Below are positions 10,530 to 20,158 of a stretch of DNA of 38,460 bases, one piece after another. Made by a program: the position numbers and the translations under genes. Below the pieces are notes generated by a model. The model made no database searches. It saw nothing but the letters and a program-made list of their open reading frames with translations, and was not told the DNA's origin. The stretch lies in NCBI GenBank assembly GCA_037380845.1, contig JARRRI010000020.1, positions 52,046 to 90,505 on the forward strand. The letters run 5' to 3'. Source of the DNA: Candidatus Sulfobium sp. Its GTDB lineage: Bacteria; Nitrospirota; Thermodesulfovibrionia; Thermodesulfovibrionales; UBA6898. The number at the start of each line of letters is the position of its first letter. The stretch's first letter is position 1.

Positions 10530-10601
10530 CGGGCTTTTCCGCGGATTGCAGTAGATTTAAGGGCCCGCTATCTGTTATTCTAAAATGCCCGGGGTAAATC
10601 G

Positions 10602-12713
10602 ATGTCGAAAGAAGGTTTGATGCAGGATCTGAATTCGCAGCAGAGAGAAGCGTTAAAACATGTGGAAGGTCCTCTGCTCGTGCTGGCCGGTGCAGGCAGC
10701 GGCAAAACCAGGGTCGTTACCCACAAATTTGCATACCTTGTAAAGAAACGCAGGATGTCGCCTGACTCTATCCTTGCCGTCACATTTACCAATAAGGCGG
10801 CCATTGAGATGCGCGAGCGCATCGAAAGCCAGGTTGCCCGGGATTTCAGCCAGTCCTGGATCGGTACGCTGCATGCCCAGTGCGGCAGGATACTCCGGAA
10901 AGAGATAAAGGTCCTGGGGTATGCCTCCGACTTTGCGATCTACGACGAAGACGATCGCTGCAATCTTATCAGACATATATTGAAGGAATTCAAGATATAT
11001 GAAGCGTTGTACAGGGGGGTTTCGTCGCGGATAAATGTCCTGAAGGCCTCCCTTGTCGGTCCCGAGGATTTCCTCGCTTCCGGCGACGGCTTCGGTTTCG
11101 ACGAAAAACTGGCAAAAGTCTATGTGAGATACCAGGACGAAATAAAGAGGAGCAATGCCCTTGATTTCGATGACCTTATTATGCTCACGGTCAAACTGTT
11201 CAGCGAGAACCCGAAAATCCTCAAGAAATATCAGTCCCGGTTTGAGTTCCTGCTTGTCGATGAGTTCCAGGACCTGAACCTCGCCCAGTACAATCTCGTC
11301 AAGCTGCTGTCGAAGCTCCATCGCAATATATCCGCTGCCGGCGATGACGACCAGAGCATATACAAGTTCCGGGGGGCCGACCTCCGGCACATATATGACT
11401 TTGAAGAAGATTTCCCGGGGGCAAAGGTTGTCAGGTTCGAAAAGAATTACCGGTCCACTCAGAATATATTGGACGTTTCCCGTTCGGTGATAGCGCTGAA
11501 CTCCGGCAGGAAGGCAAAAAAGCTCTGTACGGACAGGGGGCGCGGGGAGAAAATCCACTTCTGCTGGCTGGACAGCGGCGAGGAGGAAGGCCGTCATATC
11601 GCCAAGATCATCAAGGAATTGTTTCTAAAAGGGGCTTATTCTTACAGGGACATAGGCATATTCTACAGGGTAAATCTCCAGTCCAGAACGATAGAGGATG
11701 CGCTGAACGAAATGGGCCTGCCGTACCATATAAGGGGCGGGCTGGGCTTGTATCAGAGGAGGGAAGTTAAAGATATCATCGCTTACGCCCGGCTCCTGCT
11801 TAATCACAACGATAACGTCAGCCTCAGAAGAATCATCAACTGCCCGCCCCGCGGGATAGGAACGGCGACTCTGACCAAGATAGAAAATGAAGCGAAGAAA
11901 AAGTCGGTGTGTCTTTACGATGCCATGAAGACATGTGTGCGCGGCAACGGAATCGTGACCTCTACGAAGGAAAAGCTGAACAGTTTCGTGGGCCTCATTG
12001 ACAAGCTTCGTTCCGCTTCTCATGGTTCTGCCGCGGACGCACTGAAGACAATCATTGCAAAAACAGGCTATATGACGCTTCTGGATGAAGAAAGAAAAGA
12101 AAATATCGGGGAGTTGATCGCTCTTGCCGAGGGTAGAGACATCAGGGAGTTTATTGACTCCTTATCACTGCTGACGAACCTGGATGACGGGCCGGGGGGA
12201 AACCATATCTCGCTGATGCCCCTTCATAACGCCAAGGGCCTTGAATTCCCTGTTGTTTTTATAACAGGCATGGAAGAGGGGATACTGCCCTATTTCAAGG
12301 CGATAGGAAACGAGGAGGAAATCTCCGAGGAACGGAGACTCCTCTATGTCGGGATGACGAGGGCGAAGGACCTCCTGTTGCTGACGGGTGCCCGCAAAAG
12401 AAGGTTGTACTCCAGGGTTCAGGAGCAGGAACCGTCAAGGTTTCTGAAGGATCTGCCGAAAGATTACTGCCGGTGGATCGAAAAGGTTACCGAAGCGCCT
12501 CCCCCGAAATACCGTATTGAGAAAAAGAAAGTCGAACCCAGGAAAGTAGGCCCTGTCTTTCAGTCCGGCTGCAGAGTCAGGCACCCGGTATGGGGAATAG
12601 GCGTTATCCGCGACTGCTATGGAGACGGGGAAGATCAAAAGGTCATGGTAAATTTCCCGAATGTCGGCGTGAAAAGGCTCTCCCTGAAACTGGCCAATCT
12701 CACAAAGATATAG
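10602..12713 (+). CDS. uvrD: UvrD/PcrA ATP-dependent DNA helicase
   Basis: AGAGSGKT, TFTNKAA, DEFQD, GDDDQSIY, NYRS, EERRLLYVGMTRA and a C-terminal Tudor-like domain. Confidence 0.93.
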   Translation: MSKEGLMQDLNSQQREALKHVEGPLLVLAGAGSGKTRVVTHKFAYLVKKRRMSPDSILAVTFTNKAAIEMRERIESQVARDFSQSWIGTLHAQCGRILRKEIKVLGYASDFAIYDEDDRCNLIRHILKEFKIYEALYRGVSSRINVLKASLVGPEDFLASGDGFGFDEKLAKVYVRYQDEIKRSNALDFDDLIMLTVKLFSENPKILKKYQSRFEFLLVDEFQDLNLAQYNLVKLLSKLHRNISAAGDDDQSIYKFRGADLRHIYDFEEDFPGAKVVRFEKNYRSTQNILDVSRSVIALNSGRKAKKLCTDRGRGEKIHFCWLDSGEEEGRHIAKIIKELFLKGAYSYRDIGIFYRVNLQSRTIEDALNEMGLPYHIRGGLGLYQRREVKDIIAYARLLLNHNDNVSLRRIINCPPRGIGTATLTKIENEAKKKSVCLYDAMKTCVRGNGIVTSTKEKLNSFVGLIDKLRSASHGSAADALKTIIAKTGYMTLLDEERKENIGELIALAEGRDIREFIDSLSLLTNLDDGPGGNHISLMPLHNAKGLEFPVVFITGMEEGILPYFKAIGNEEEISEERRLLYVGMTRAKDLLLLTGARKRRLYSRVQEQEPSRFLKDLPKDYCRWIEKVTEAPPPKYRIEKKKVEPRKVGPVFQSGCRVRHPVWGIGVIRDCYGDGEDQKVMVNFPNVGVKRLSLKLANLTKI

Positions 12714-12721
12714 GGTTTCCC

Positions 12722-13000
12722 ATGGATATATCGATAGAGCATCTGTCACGGCTTGCCAGACTATCACTTTCCGACGATGAGATGAAGCTTTTCGGAGACC
12801 AGCTCAACGGCATCCTGCTTTATATGGAGAAACTTAACGAACTGGACACGACGGGCGTCGAGCCTACGTCGCACGTTATCCTTCTGCGGAACGTGGACAG
12901 GGAAGACTCGCCCCGGCCTTCCCTGAGCAGGGACGAGGCGCTCATGAACGCACCTGATCGCACCGACAGGTTTTATCGGGTCCCGAAGATCATAGAATAA
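12722..13000 (+). CDS. gatC: Asp/Glu-tRNA amidotransferase subunit C
   Basis: HLSRLARL, LNELDTTGVEPTSH and FYRVPKIIE. Start set at ATG 12722. Confidence 0.92.
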   Translation: MDISIEHLSRLARLSLSDDEMKLFGDQLNGILLYMEKLNELDTTGVEPTSHVILLRNVDREDSPRPSLSRDEALMNAPDRTDRFYRVPKIIE

Positions 13001-13006
13001 ATAAGA

Positions 13007-13137
13007 AAGTCAGAAGGCAAAATGCAGAAGTTAATAAATAACACAGCCAATAATTTCTCTTTGGCACAGTCCACAGTTTTTTTCACTTCTGACTTCCTCG
13101 ACCTTAAGTCTGCGTTCTGCATTCTGACTTCTGACTT
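13007..13137. repeat. Inverted arms built from heptamer repeats (AAGTCAG/TTCTGAC-type)
   Basis: 13007-13029 AAGTCAGAAGGCAAAATGCAGAA is the reverse complement of 13115-13137 TTCTGCATTCTGACTTCTGACTT at 21/23 positions. Confidence 0.75.
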
Positions 13138-13149
13138 CAGGCAGTTCAT

Positions 13150-13506
13150 ATGTTGAGGTGCATGCTCAGATCCAAAATACACATGGCGACGGTGACCGAA
13201 TCCAATCTCGCTTATGAGGGAAGCATTACGATTGACGCTGCCATAATGAAGAGGGCCGGTATACTTCCCTACGAGCAGGTGATGGTCAGCAACCTCAATA
13301 ACGGTGAACGGTTCGAGACATATGTTATACCCGCCATAGAAAATTCAGGTGAGATATGCCTCAACGGCCCTACGGCGCGGAAAGGCGTGGTCGGCGACGT
13401 AGTGATTGTTTTCTGCTACGGGTATCTAGACGATGAGACCGCGGGGCATCACAGGCCCAAAATCATCATGCTTGATTCGGAGAACAGGGTAAAGAAAGAG
13501 AAATAG
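13150..13506 (+). CDS. panD: Aspartate 1-decarboxylase
   Basis: SKIH, YEG|SITID autocleavage site, NGERFETYVI and CLNGPTAR. Confidence 0.95.
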   Translation: MLRCMLRSKIHMATVTESNLAYEGSITIDAAIMKRAGILPYEQVMVSNLNNGERFETYVIPAIENSGEICLNGPTARKGVVGDVVIVFCYGYLDDETAGHHRPKIIMLDSENRVKKEK

Positions 13507-13521
13507 GCGGCTTTTTCTCCC

Positions 13522-14550
13522 TTACCCTATCTTCAGTACCTTTGCCCCGCGTATCCTGCCCTTCTTGATTTCGAGCAGGACCCTGTTCGCCTCTTCCAGT
13601 CCGAATACCTGCACCTCGGGCCTGATCGGGATTTCAGCCGCGACCTCCAGGAATTCTGCGACGTCCTTCCGTGTTACGTTGGCCACGCTCTTTATCTCCT
13701 TCTCCAGCCAGAGATCCCGTGCATAGTCAAGTCCCAGCAGTGATTCTTTGTCGGTGTCTTCCTTGCGGATAGCGTTGATTACCAGTCGACCTCCCTTCTC
13801 GAGGTCTTTGAGGACCGACACTACGGGCTTCCAGGCCGGAGTCGTATCTATCGCGCAATGCAGTTTTTCCGGAGGCGAGGCGCCGATATTCCCCGTCCAT
13901 GCCGCTCCGAGTTCCCTGGCGAAATCCAGTTCGGCAGGCGTCCTCGAAAAAACAAAGACGCGGGAATTCGGGTATTTTCTCTTGACCGCGGAAATGACCA
14001 CATGGGCCGAAGCCCCGAAGCCGACGAGACCGATATTGTCGCCGTCCTTCATGCCGCAAAGACGCAAAGAGCGGTATCCCACGGCGCCTGCGCAAAGCAA
14101 AGGCGCCGCCTCTTCATCCGAAAAGACTTCCGGAATCCGGTAAGCGAAATCCTCGGAAACAGTTGTATATTCGGCGTAACCGCCGTTTGCGTCTCTTCCC
14201 GTGGCGCGGAAATCGTCGCAGAGGTTTTCTTCCCCGGCGAGGCAGTGTCTACACTTCCCGCAGGCCGAATGTATCCAGGCGATTCCCACCCTGTCGCCGG
14301 TCCTGAACCGGCCGGCCCCGCGTCCGTTTCTTTCGACAGTCCCCACAACCTGGTGCCCCGGAATAACCGGCAGCTCCGGCGGCGGGGTCCTGCCCTCTAT
14401 CTCGTCCATATCGGTGTGGCACACCCCGCAGGCAGTGACTTTGACCAGAATTTCTTTCTCAGCCGGAGCAGGGTCCGGCAGTTCGACCGCCCTGAGGGCA
14501 GGCGTATCCTCTTTCAGGCTCCCGATTTTTTCCAATACCATTGCTTTCAT
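13522..14550 (-). CDS. Zinc-dependent alcohol dehydrogenase family protein
   Basis: CGVCHTD, GHQVVG, structural Zn site CGKCRHC..ENLC, and APLLCAG. Confidence 0.9.
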   Translation of the reverse strand: MKAMVLEKIGSLKEDTPALRAVELPDPAPAEKEILVKVTACGVCHTDMDEIEGRTPPPELPVIPGHQVVGTVERNGRGAGRFRTGDRVGIAWIHSACGKCRHCLAGEENLCDDFRATGRDANGGYAEYTTVSEDFAYRIPEVFSDEEAAPLLCAGAVGYRSLRLCGMKDGDNIGLVGFGASAHVVISAVKRKYPNSRVFVFSRTPAELDFARELGAAWTGNIGASPPEKLHCAIDTTPAWKPVVSVLKDLEKGGRLVINAIRKEDTDKESLLGLDYARDLWLEKEIKSVANVTRKDVAEFLEVAAEIPIRPEVQVFGLEEANRVLLEIKKGRIRGAKVLKIG

Positions 14551-14780
14551 GACGAGTCTCCTTCAGTAACTTCGGATACCCTGCAGTCTTGCGGAGAGGG
14601 TTATTGCAGCTACCTATTAACATGATATCAGTTTTTCTTCAGCGTTCAAGCCGGCTCGATTTCGAGACATACTCGCCTCAAATTTTGCTATATTTATTAT
14701 GTAGGCGGCGATATTGAAGGGTCATTGACCCGAAGGTGATATTTGATTTACCGGAAATCGATCCGCGAAAGGAGGACAAC

Positions 14781-15338
14781 ATGGACGTACTCGAAGCGAT
14801 CAGGACAAGAAGGAGTGTGAGGCGTTTTCTGGATAAACCTGTCGAGGAGGCGAAGGTCCAGGCTATCCTCGAAGCGGTGCGAATGTCTCCTTCCTGGGCG
14901 AATCTCCAGTGCTGGAAGTTTGTGGTGGTCAGGGACAGTGAGGCAAGGGAAAAGATCAGCGAACTGTCTTACGTGGAGACCTTCTTCACTCCGCTCGGCT
15001 ACAAGATGAACCCGTCGAAGAAGGGCCTGGCAGAAGCGCCCGTCGTAATCGTTGCCTGTGCGGACCCGGAACAGTCGGGCGTCATCTGGAGCCAGCACTA
15101 TTACATGACCGACCTCGGCATCGCCGCGCAGAGTCTGATGCTCGCTGCTCACGGGCTGGGCCTCGGGACCGTATTCGTGGGGGTTTTTGACGAGGTTAAA
15201 GTCCGCGAACTTCTTCTCATCCCGGAGAATATCCGGGTTGTCGGAATCTTCCCCGTCGGCTATCCGAAGGATTCAAACAGGACCGGTCCGGAACGGAAGC
15301 CGCTGAACGAATTTGTTTTTTTCGACACGTGGCAGTGA
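14781..15338 (+). CDS. Nitroreductase family protein
   Basis: [17 protein letters not shown] and [19 protein letters not shown] before ATG 14781. Confidence 0.9.
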   Translation: MDVLEAIRTRRSVRRFLDKPVEEAKVQAILEAVRMSPSWANLQCWKFVVVRDSEAREKISELSYVETFFTPLGYKMNPSKKGLAEAPVVIVACADPEQSGVIWSQHYYMTDLGIAAQSLMLAAHGLGLGTVFVGVFDEVKVRELLLIPENIRVVGIFPVGYPKDSNRTGPERKPLNEFVFFDTWQ

Positions 15339-15353
15339 GGCGCCTGGGGGCAT

Positions 15354-16436
15354 TTACCGGTCAGAAGTTCCGGGGTGACGACGGCTCATTTCCTCGCTCT
15401 TCCGCCAGTCCCGGAAGGCCTCTTCGAAGGATCCTTCCCGGTATAAGGCGTTCCCGCGGTTATTGTATGCTTCGGCAAATAAAGGATCGAGTTCAATTGC
15501 CTTCGTATATTCCTCTATCGCCTCATCGTACCGTTTCGTCCTGGAATATATGTTGCCCAGCCTGCAATGAATGTCGGCATCACCGAGGTTCAGATCCAGG
15601 GCCATGTAATAGTCTCTGATCGCCATGTCATACTCTCCCTTTTCATAGTAGGCGGTCCCCCGTCCCTTGAATGACTCGGCGTCCCTAATGTCCACTTCCG
15701 TCGCCCGGGTGAATTCCCGGATGGCGTCGTCATACCGGCCGTCCTCAATGAATGCCTTTCCCCGCCCCCTGTAAAAGGCCGCATTCGGCCGGTTTTCAAC
15801 GGATTTTTTTGACAATACCGCGTTTGCCCCTGTTTTTTGCTCCTTCTTCGCGCCGCAGGGATGCTCCGCATCTGCCGGATCTTCCCTGCAGAAGCCGGCT
15901 TCAGCCTCCTCTCTTCCGGCGTATGCGAGTTTCCTGTTGTAATATGCGTTCTTATACCCCGGACGGATCTCAAGGGCAATGCAATAATCGCGAATCGCAT
16001 CATCGTATCTTCCCAGCCTTGCGTAGGCATTGCCCCGGTTGTTATAAGTCCCGGGGTCCCCGGGGTTAATTTCGAGGGCCCTGGTATAATCTCTCACAGC
16101 ATACTCGAACATTCCCTTGTGAAAATATGCCAGGCCGCGGTTATAATATGCCTCGGCATCTTCCGGCAGGAGTTCCAGTGTCTTCGTATAATCCCTGATT
16201 GCTTCATCATACAGACCCTTACGGTAGTAAGCATTGGCTCTGTCATAATAGGCCACAGGGTCATCCGGGCTTATCTCCACGGCCCTGGTGTAATCCTGGA
16301 TGGCATTGTCGTACCGCCCTTTTTCGTAATATTTATTGCCGCGGTCATTGTAGTAGCCGGCGTTTATACCGGCAGCCGGAATCGCCCACAATATAGCGGC
16401 TATTATGAATACAGATGTCATCTTCACGACGTTCAC
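15354..16436 (-). CDS. Secreted tetratricopeptide repeat protein
   Basis: Hydrophobic signal-like N-terminus and many 34-aa AYYNRG...AIRDY..ALE repeats. Start uncertain (GTG 16436 or ATG 16421). Confidence 0.85.
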   Translation of the reverse strand: MNVVKMTSVFIIAAILWAIPAAGINAGYYNDRGNKYYEKGRYDNAIQDYTRAVEISPDDPVAYYDRANAYYRKGLYDEAIRDYTKTLELLPEDAEAYYNRGLAYFHKGMFEYAVRDYTRALEINPGDPGTYNNRGNAYARLGRYDDAIRDYCIALEIRPGYKNAYYNRKLAYAGREEAEAGFCREDPADAEHPCGAKKEQKTGANAVLSKKSVENRPNAAFYRGRGKAFIEDGRYDDAIREFTRATEVDIRDAESFKGRGTAYYEKGEYDMAIRDYYMALDLNLGDADIHCRLGNIYSRTKRYDEAIEEYTKAIELDPLFAEAYNNRGNALYREGSFEEAFRDWRKSEEMSRRHPGTSDR

Positions 16437-16825
16437 GGATGTCTCCCGGTCTTGAATACTGGCCGATCTTCCCGCATGCCAGGGGATACGATACCACAGG
16501 CCCGGCGGGTGCGGCTCCATATACTTATCAGAAATCCGGTGTAAAAACAAGTTCGGCTTTCAGGGCGCCGTCCCGGAGGCCCAACCGGCCTTGTTCATCA
16601 ACGTGATGCGAAGAATGGCACCCTTTGTCCCTGGGGGAAAACGCGTGAATCTTCGTAATTGAACCGAATATTGTCAGCTTTTCGTTTATCTGGAAGGTTT
16701 CACTGCCGGGAATGACAGAGAGGAAAAAAAGGACTTATGCACGACACGGCATGGTGATGAAGAGCCATATTGAAAGCGATCAGCTCTTTGACGGCGGGCC
16801 GGTTCGCCGCTTAAGACGATGCGGA

Positions 16826-18187
16826 TCACAGCATCAATGTGAATGAGAAATAGAGGGTGTCGTTATCGGATGCGCTCCTGCCAGATCCGTCGTAATTTGA
16901 GGCAGAGCCGTTGAACTTGTTATAAATCGTGTACTGCAGGGTCAGTCTTACTTTATCCAGGGGAAGATAATCGCCTTCCAGTATAAAGCCGTTGCTGTCC
17001 GGACTGCCGTTCATGCTTCCGTCGACAGCAGCAGGAGGGTAGAGGAGGGAGTCTGAATTTCCTGTAGTGGAGAAATAGGCAACAGAGCCTCCTATGCGTC
17101 CAAAAGACGCATGATAGTAATAGTCCACATTGAATTTCAGTGTGTTAAGGGTGTCGGATTTGTTTTCGGCATATCCCATGGCGTAGCTCCCGTCACGGTC
17201 CTGTTTTTCATGTATCCAGGTAGCCTCCGCACTGAGGCTGTATTTCCTCATGAGATACTGGTACTCGGCGTCAAACGCGAAATCGGTGAATCTGTCCGTA
17301 GGCCCGCTGTCTCTGCCGTCAGGAATGACCGCGGCAGTTATTCCGTAGGTGCCCACTGACAAATAATGCACGCCCCACAGGTGCTGAAGTGCCATCCGCC
17401 AATACGGAGCGAAGCCGTCTATAGCCGTTTCGACATTCGTTCCCGCACCGAGGGGATGTGCAATGCTGCCCTTGGTGGTGTGATAAACCGTGATCTCGGC
17501 ATAGATGAGCTGGTTCCAGAGCGCGTAAAGTCCGATCCCGCCGACCTGCTGGTCCAGCGTGCCGTCGATAAGGGCGGCAGCGGCAGGCGACGGTGCGACT
17601 TCGGAACTCTCGAAAGGATAACCCCATGAAGGCGTGGTGTTCCACGGGTCCTGCACCGTCGGACTGTTATTGACAGTAATTCCATACACGAGATCCTTTC
17701 CGCCCAAGGAAGTGCCGCCGGCATAGCGGATATCAGTCATGTCCAGGTGAAAGGTGTTGGTATCCCCTTCGAATGTGCTCTGTACAAAGGCTCCCAGACG
17801 GCCGTAAATACGACCTCCGTAATAAAGGCTGGCTTCCTCGGGCAGTGCCAGAACGTTGTTCCCACCCGACAATATCCTGTTTGACCATTCGTCGAAGTAG
17901 TAGCCGGGGGGCACCCTGGAGTCGGTGTGAGTCAGAGAGGACAAAATCATTCCGGCCAGCGGAGGAGGAAACTGGAAGGGTCCGGGCGTCTTGCTCATTA
18001 CGTATCCCCTCAATTTGAAGTCACGTCCAAACGGCGTAAGCTCCGGGTAAACGGTATGACACTCAAAACATGACAGTCCGGTCTGTCGGGCGAAACTCGG
18101 GACGGCACGGGCGCTGTCCGGACTTGCCGCGAGAAAAGCAAGGCCGGCTAAAAACGCCGACAGAACTCTTTTCCTGAACCTGTTCAT
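16826..18187 (-). CDS. cyc2: Cyc2-like outer-membrane monoheme cytochrome c-porin fusion
   Basis: Signal peptide, then AVPSFARQTGLSCFECHTVYPELTPFGRDFKLRGY (Cyc2 N-terminal signature), then a long region rich in amphipathic beta-strands. Start set at ATG 18187 (453 aa). Confidence 0.8.
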   Translation of the reverse strand: MNRFRKRVLSAFLAGLAFLAASPDSARAVPSFARQTGLSCFECHTVYPELTPFGRDFKLRGYVMSKTPGPFQFPPPLAGMILSSLTHTDSRVPPGYYFDEWSNRILSGGNNVLALPEEASLYYGGRIYGRLGAFVQSTFEGDTNTFHLDMTDIRYAGGTSLGGKDLVYGITVNNSPTVQDPWNTTPSWGYPFESSEVAPSPAAAALIDGTLDQQVGGIGLYALWNQLIYAEITVYHTTKGSIAHPLGAGTNVETAIDGFAPYWRMALQHLWGVHYLSVGTYGITAAVIPDGRDSGPTDRFTDFAFDAEYQYLMRKYSLSAEATWIHEKQDRDGSYAMGYAENKSDTLNTLKFNVDYYYHASFGRIGGSVAYFSTTGNSDSLLYPPAAVDGSMNGSPDSNGFILEGDYLPLDKVRLTLQYTIYNKFNGSASNYDGSGRSASDNDTLYFSFTLML

Positions 18188-18464
18188 ATTTTTGCCCGGG
18201 ATCTTAAAGAAACTGCAATCGTGATTATGAATACTTCTATCACATGCGGCACCTGTTGTCAAGGACATGTTCCCTGCAAGGACAAAAAGCGAGCAGGTTT
18301 TCTCTGGAAACGCCGAGCATGAATTTGACAGCATGCCTGCCAGGTCATAACATGTATACAGTCGTGCGGAGCCTGCGATAAAGAGCGAGCGGAAAAAGTT
18401 CGCGGAAATGTGAGTCCCGTCCTTACCACGTAAATGACGTCGGATTTTACCGGAGGCGATGGGG

Positions 18465-19997
18465 ATGGCTGAAAAAAGGAGATTTCCCTGGCTGGCATAT
18501 AACTGGGTGAGCCTCTCGGGGGCAATGATAGCCCTGGTCGCGGGTTTCATAATCGCATTCCTGCTCGTCATAAATGCAATAACTCCGATACGAAATGTTT
18601 ATGTGGGGATCATTCTTTACATGGTCCTGCCGCTTGCCCTTATAGGGGGTCTGCTCATCATCCCGTTCGGCATGTACATCCACTGGCGCAGGGAGCAGGA
18701 AGGGGGGAAGATAACCTACCACAGATGGCCTTCCATCGACCTTAACAACAGGCGACAGCGCAATGCCGCCATGACATTCGTGTTCGGCACCGTTGTTTTT
18801 ATCCTTATAAGCGCAGTGGGGATGTACCAGGCGTATCATTACACTGATTCGGTCCGGTTTTGCGGCCTGACCTGCCATAAAGTAATGGCCCCCCAGTACA
18901 CTACTTACCAGGAATCTCCCCACGCCAGGGTCGCGTGCGTCGCATGCCATATAGGCCCGGGAGTGGGATGGTACGCGAAGTCGAAAGTCGCCGGCCTCTA
19001 TCAGGTATACGCCGTGCTCGCTGACGTCTATCCCCGGCCGATACCGGAGCCGATCAGCGATCTCAGGCCGGCGCGCGAGACCTGCGAACAATGTCACTGG
19101 CCCCGGCAATTTTTCGGCTCACAGCAGCGCATGTTTAATAATTACCTGTACGACAAGGCCAATACCTACTGGCCGATCAACATGCTCGTCAAGATAGGAG
19201 GGGGAAACCGGGAAAGTCCGCCCTTTTCAGCAAAGCGCGGAATTCACTGGCACATGAACCCCTGGATAACGATCGAATATATCGCCAGGGACAAGCATCG
19301 GCAGGTTATACCGTGGATAAGGGTAACCAACAGAAAAACGGGGGAGATAACGGTCTTTCAGAATGTCTCCGCGCCGCTCCCCCAAAAGGTTATCTCCGCT
19401 GCCCGGCCCAGGATCATGGACTGCATAGACTGCCACAACCATCCGAGCCACGACTTCCATTCCCCTGATTACGCGGTCGATCTCGCCATATTTTCTGGCA
19501 GCATGGACAGGGCCATACCTTACATAAAGCGGGTGACCGTCAACGCACTGAAAAAGAAGTACAAAACTACGGCAGATGCTTACTCGGGCATAGCGGATGC
19601 CGTCACGGATTTCTATCTGAAAAATTATCCGGCTCTGTATTCGCAGGAAAAGGGGAAAATCGACGAGGCGATAAAAGCGTCCCAGCATGAATTTTCCAGC
19701 AATATGTTCCCTGCCATGAATGTCAGGTGGTCGGTGTACCCGAACAATATCGGTCACTTTATCTCAAAGGGATGCATGAGATGCCACGACGGCAACCATA
19801 AGAGTGGCGACGGGTTAAAGGTCATACCCAATGACTGCCGTACATGCCATATTATTCTGTCACAGGGCGCTGAAAGACGGGGAGGAACCGAAAAGTTGGA
19901 CCTTCAGACGGGTCTGGATTTCATGCATCCCATTGACATAGGCCACGCCTGGAAGAGCGGCGCCTGTTACGAATGCCACACCGGGGTTGAACCCTGA
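18465..19997 (+). CDS. imcH: ImcH-like inner-membrane multiheme cytochrome c (NapC/NirT-related)
   Basis: Three N-terminal TM helices and seven heme motifs: CGLTCH, CVACH, CEQCH, CIDCH, CMRCH, CRTCH, CYECH. GGAGG RBS at 18452. Confidence 0.8.
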   Translation: MAEKRRFPWLAYNWVSLSGAMIALVAGFIIAFLLVINAITPIRNVYVGIILYMVLPLALIGGLLIIPFGMYIHWRREQEGGKITYHRWPSIDLNNRRQRNAAMTFVFGTVVFILISAVGMYQAYHYTDSVRFCGLTCHKVMAPQYTTYQESPHARVACVACHIGPGVGWYAKSKVAGLYQVYAVLADVYPRPIPEPISDLRPARETCEQCHWPRQFFGSQQRMFNNYLYDKANTYWPINMLVKIGGGNRESPPFSAKRGIHWHMNPWITIEYIARDKHRQVIPWIRVTNRKTGEITVFQNVSAPLPQKVISAARPRIMDCIDCHNHPSHDFHSPDYAVDLAIFSGSMDRAIPYIKRVTVNALKKKYKTTADAYSGIADAVTDFYLKNYPALYSQEKGKIDEAIKASQHEFSSNMFPAMNVRWSVYPNNIGHFISKGCMRCHDGNHKSGDGLKVIPNDCRTCHIILSQGAERRGGTEKLDLQTGLDFMHPIDIGHAWKSGACYECHTGVEP

Positions 19998-20158
19998 TTT
20001 GAATGATCAGGTGTTCCTGCCCGGCTTTTTTTGCGGCGTCGGGTTGATAAATTGGAGGAAAGATTATAAATTACATGTGCCTGAAAATGCCGGTTTCCCG
20101 GCCGGGCAGTATTGCGGGATAAAGACAAGCGAGTAAAGGTTATCAACAAAGGGTACAT

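Noticed and set aside
15354..16436. Repetitive DNA resembling an array
   Set aside because: The periodicity comes from protein-coding TPR repeats, not CRISPR repeats and spacers.
18188..18571. 128-aa N-terminal extension of the Cyc2-like ORF
   Set aside because: It overlaps the divergent cytochrome gene, and the signal peptide begins at ATG 18187.
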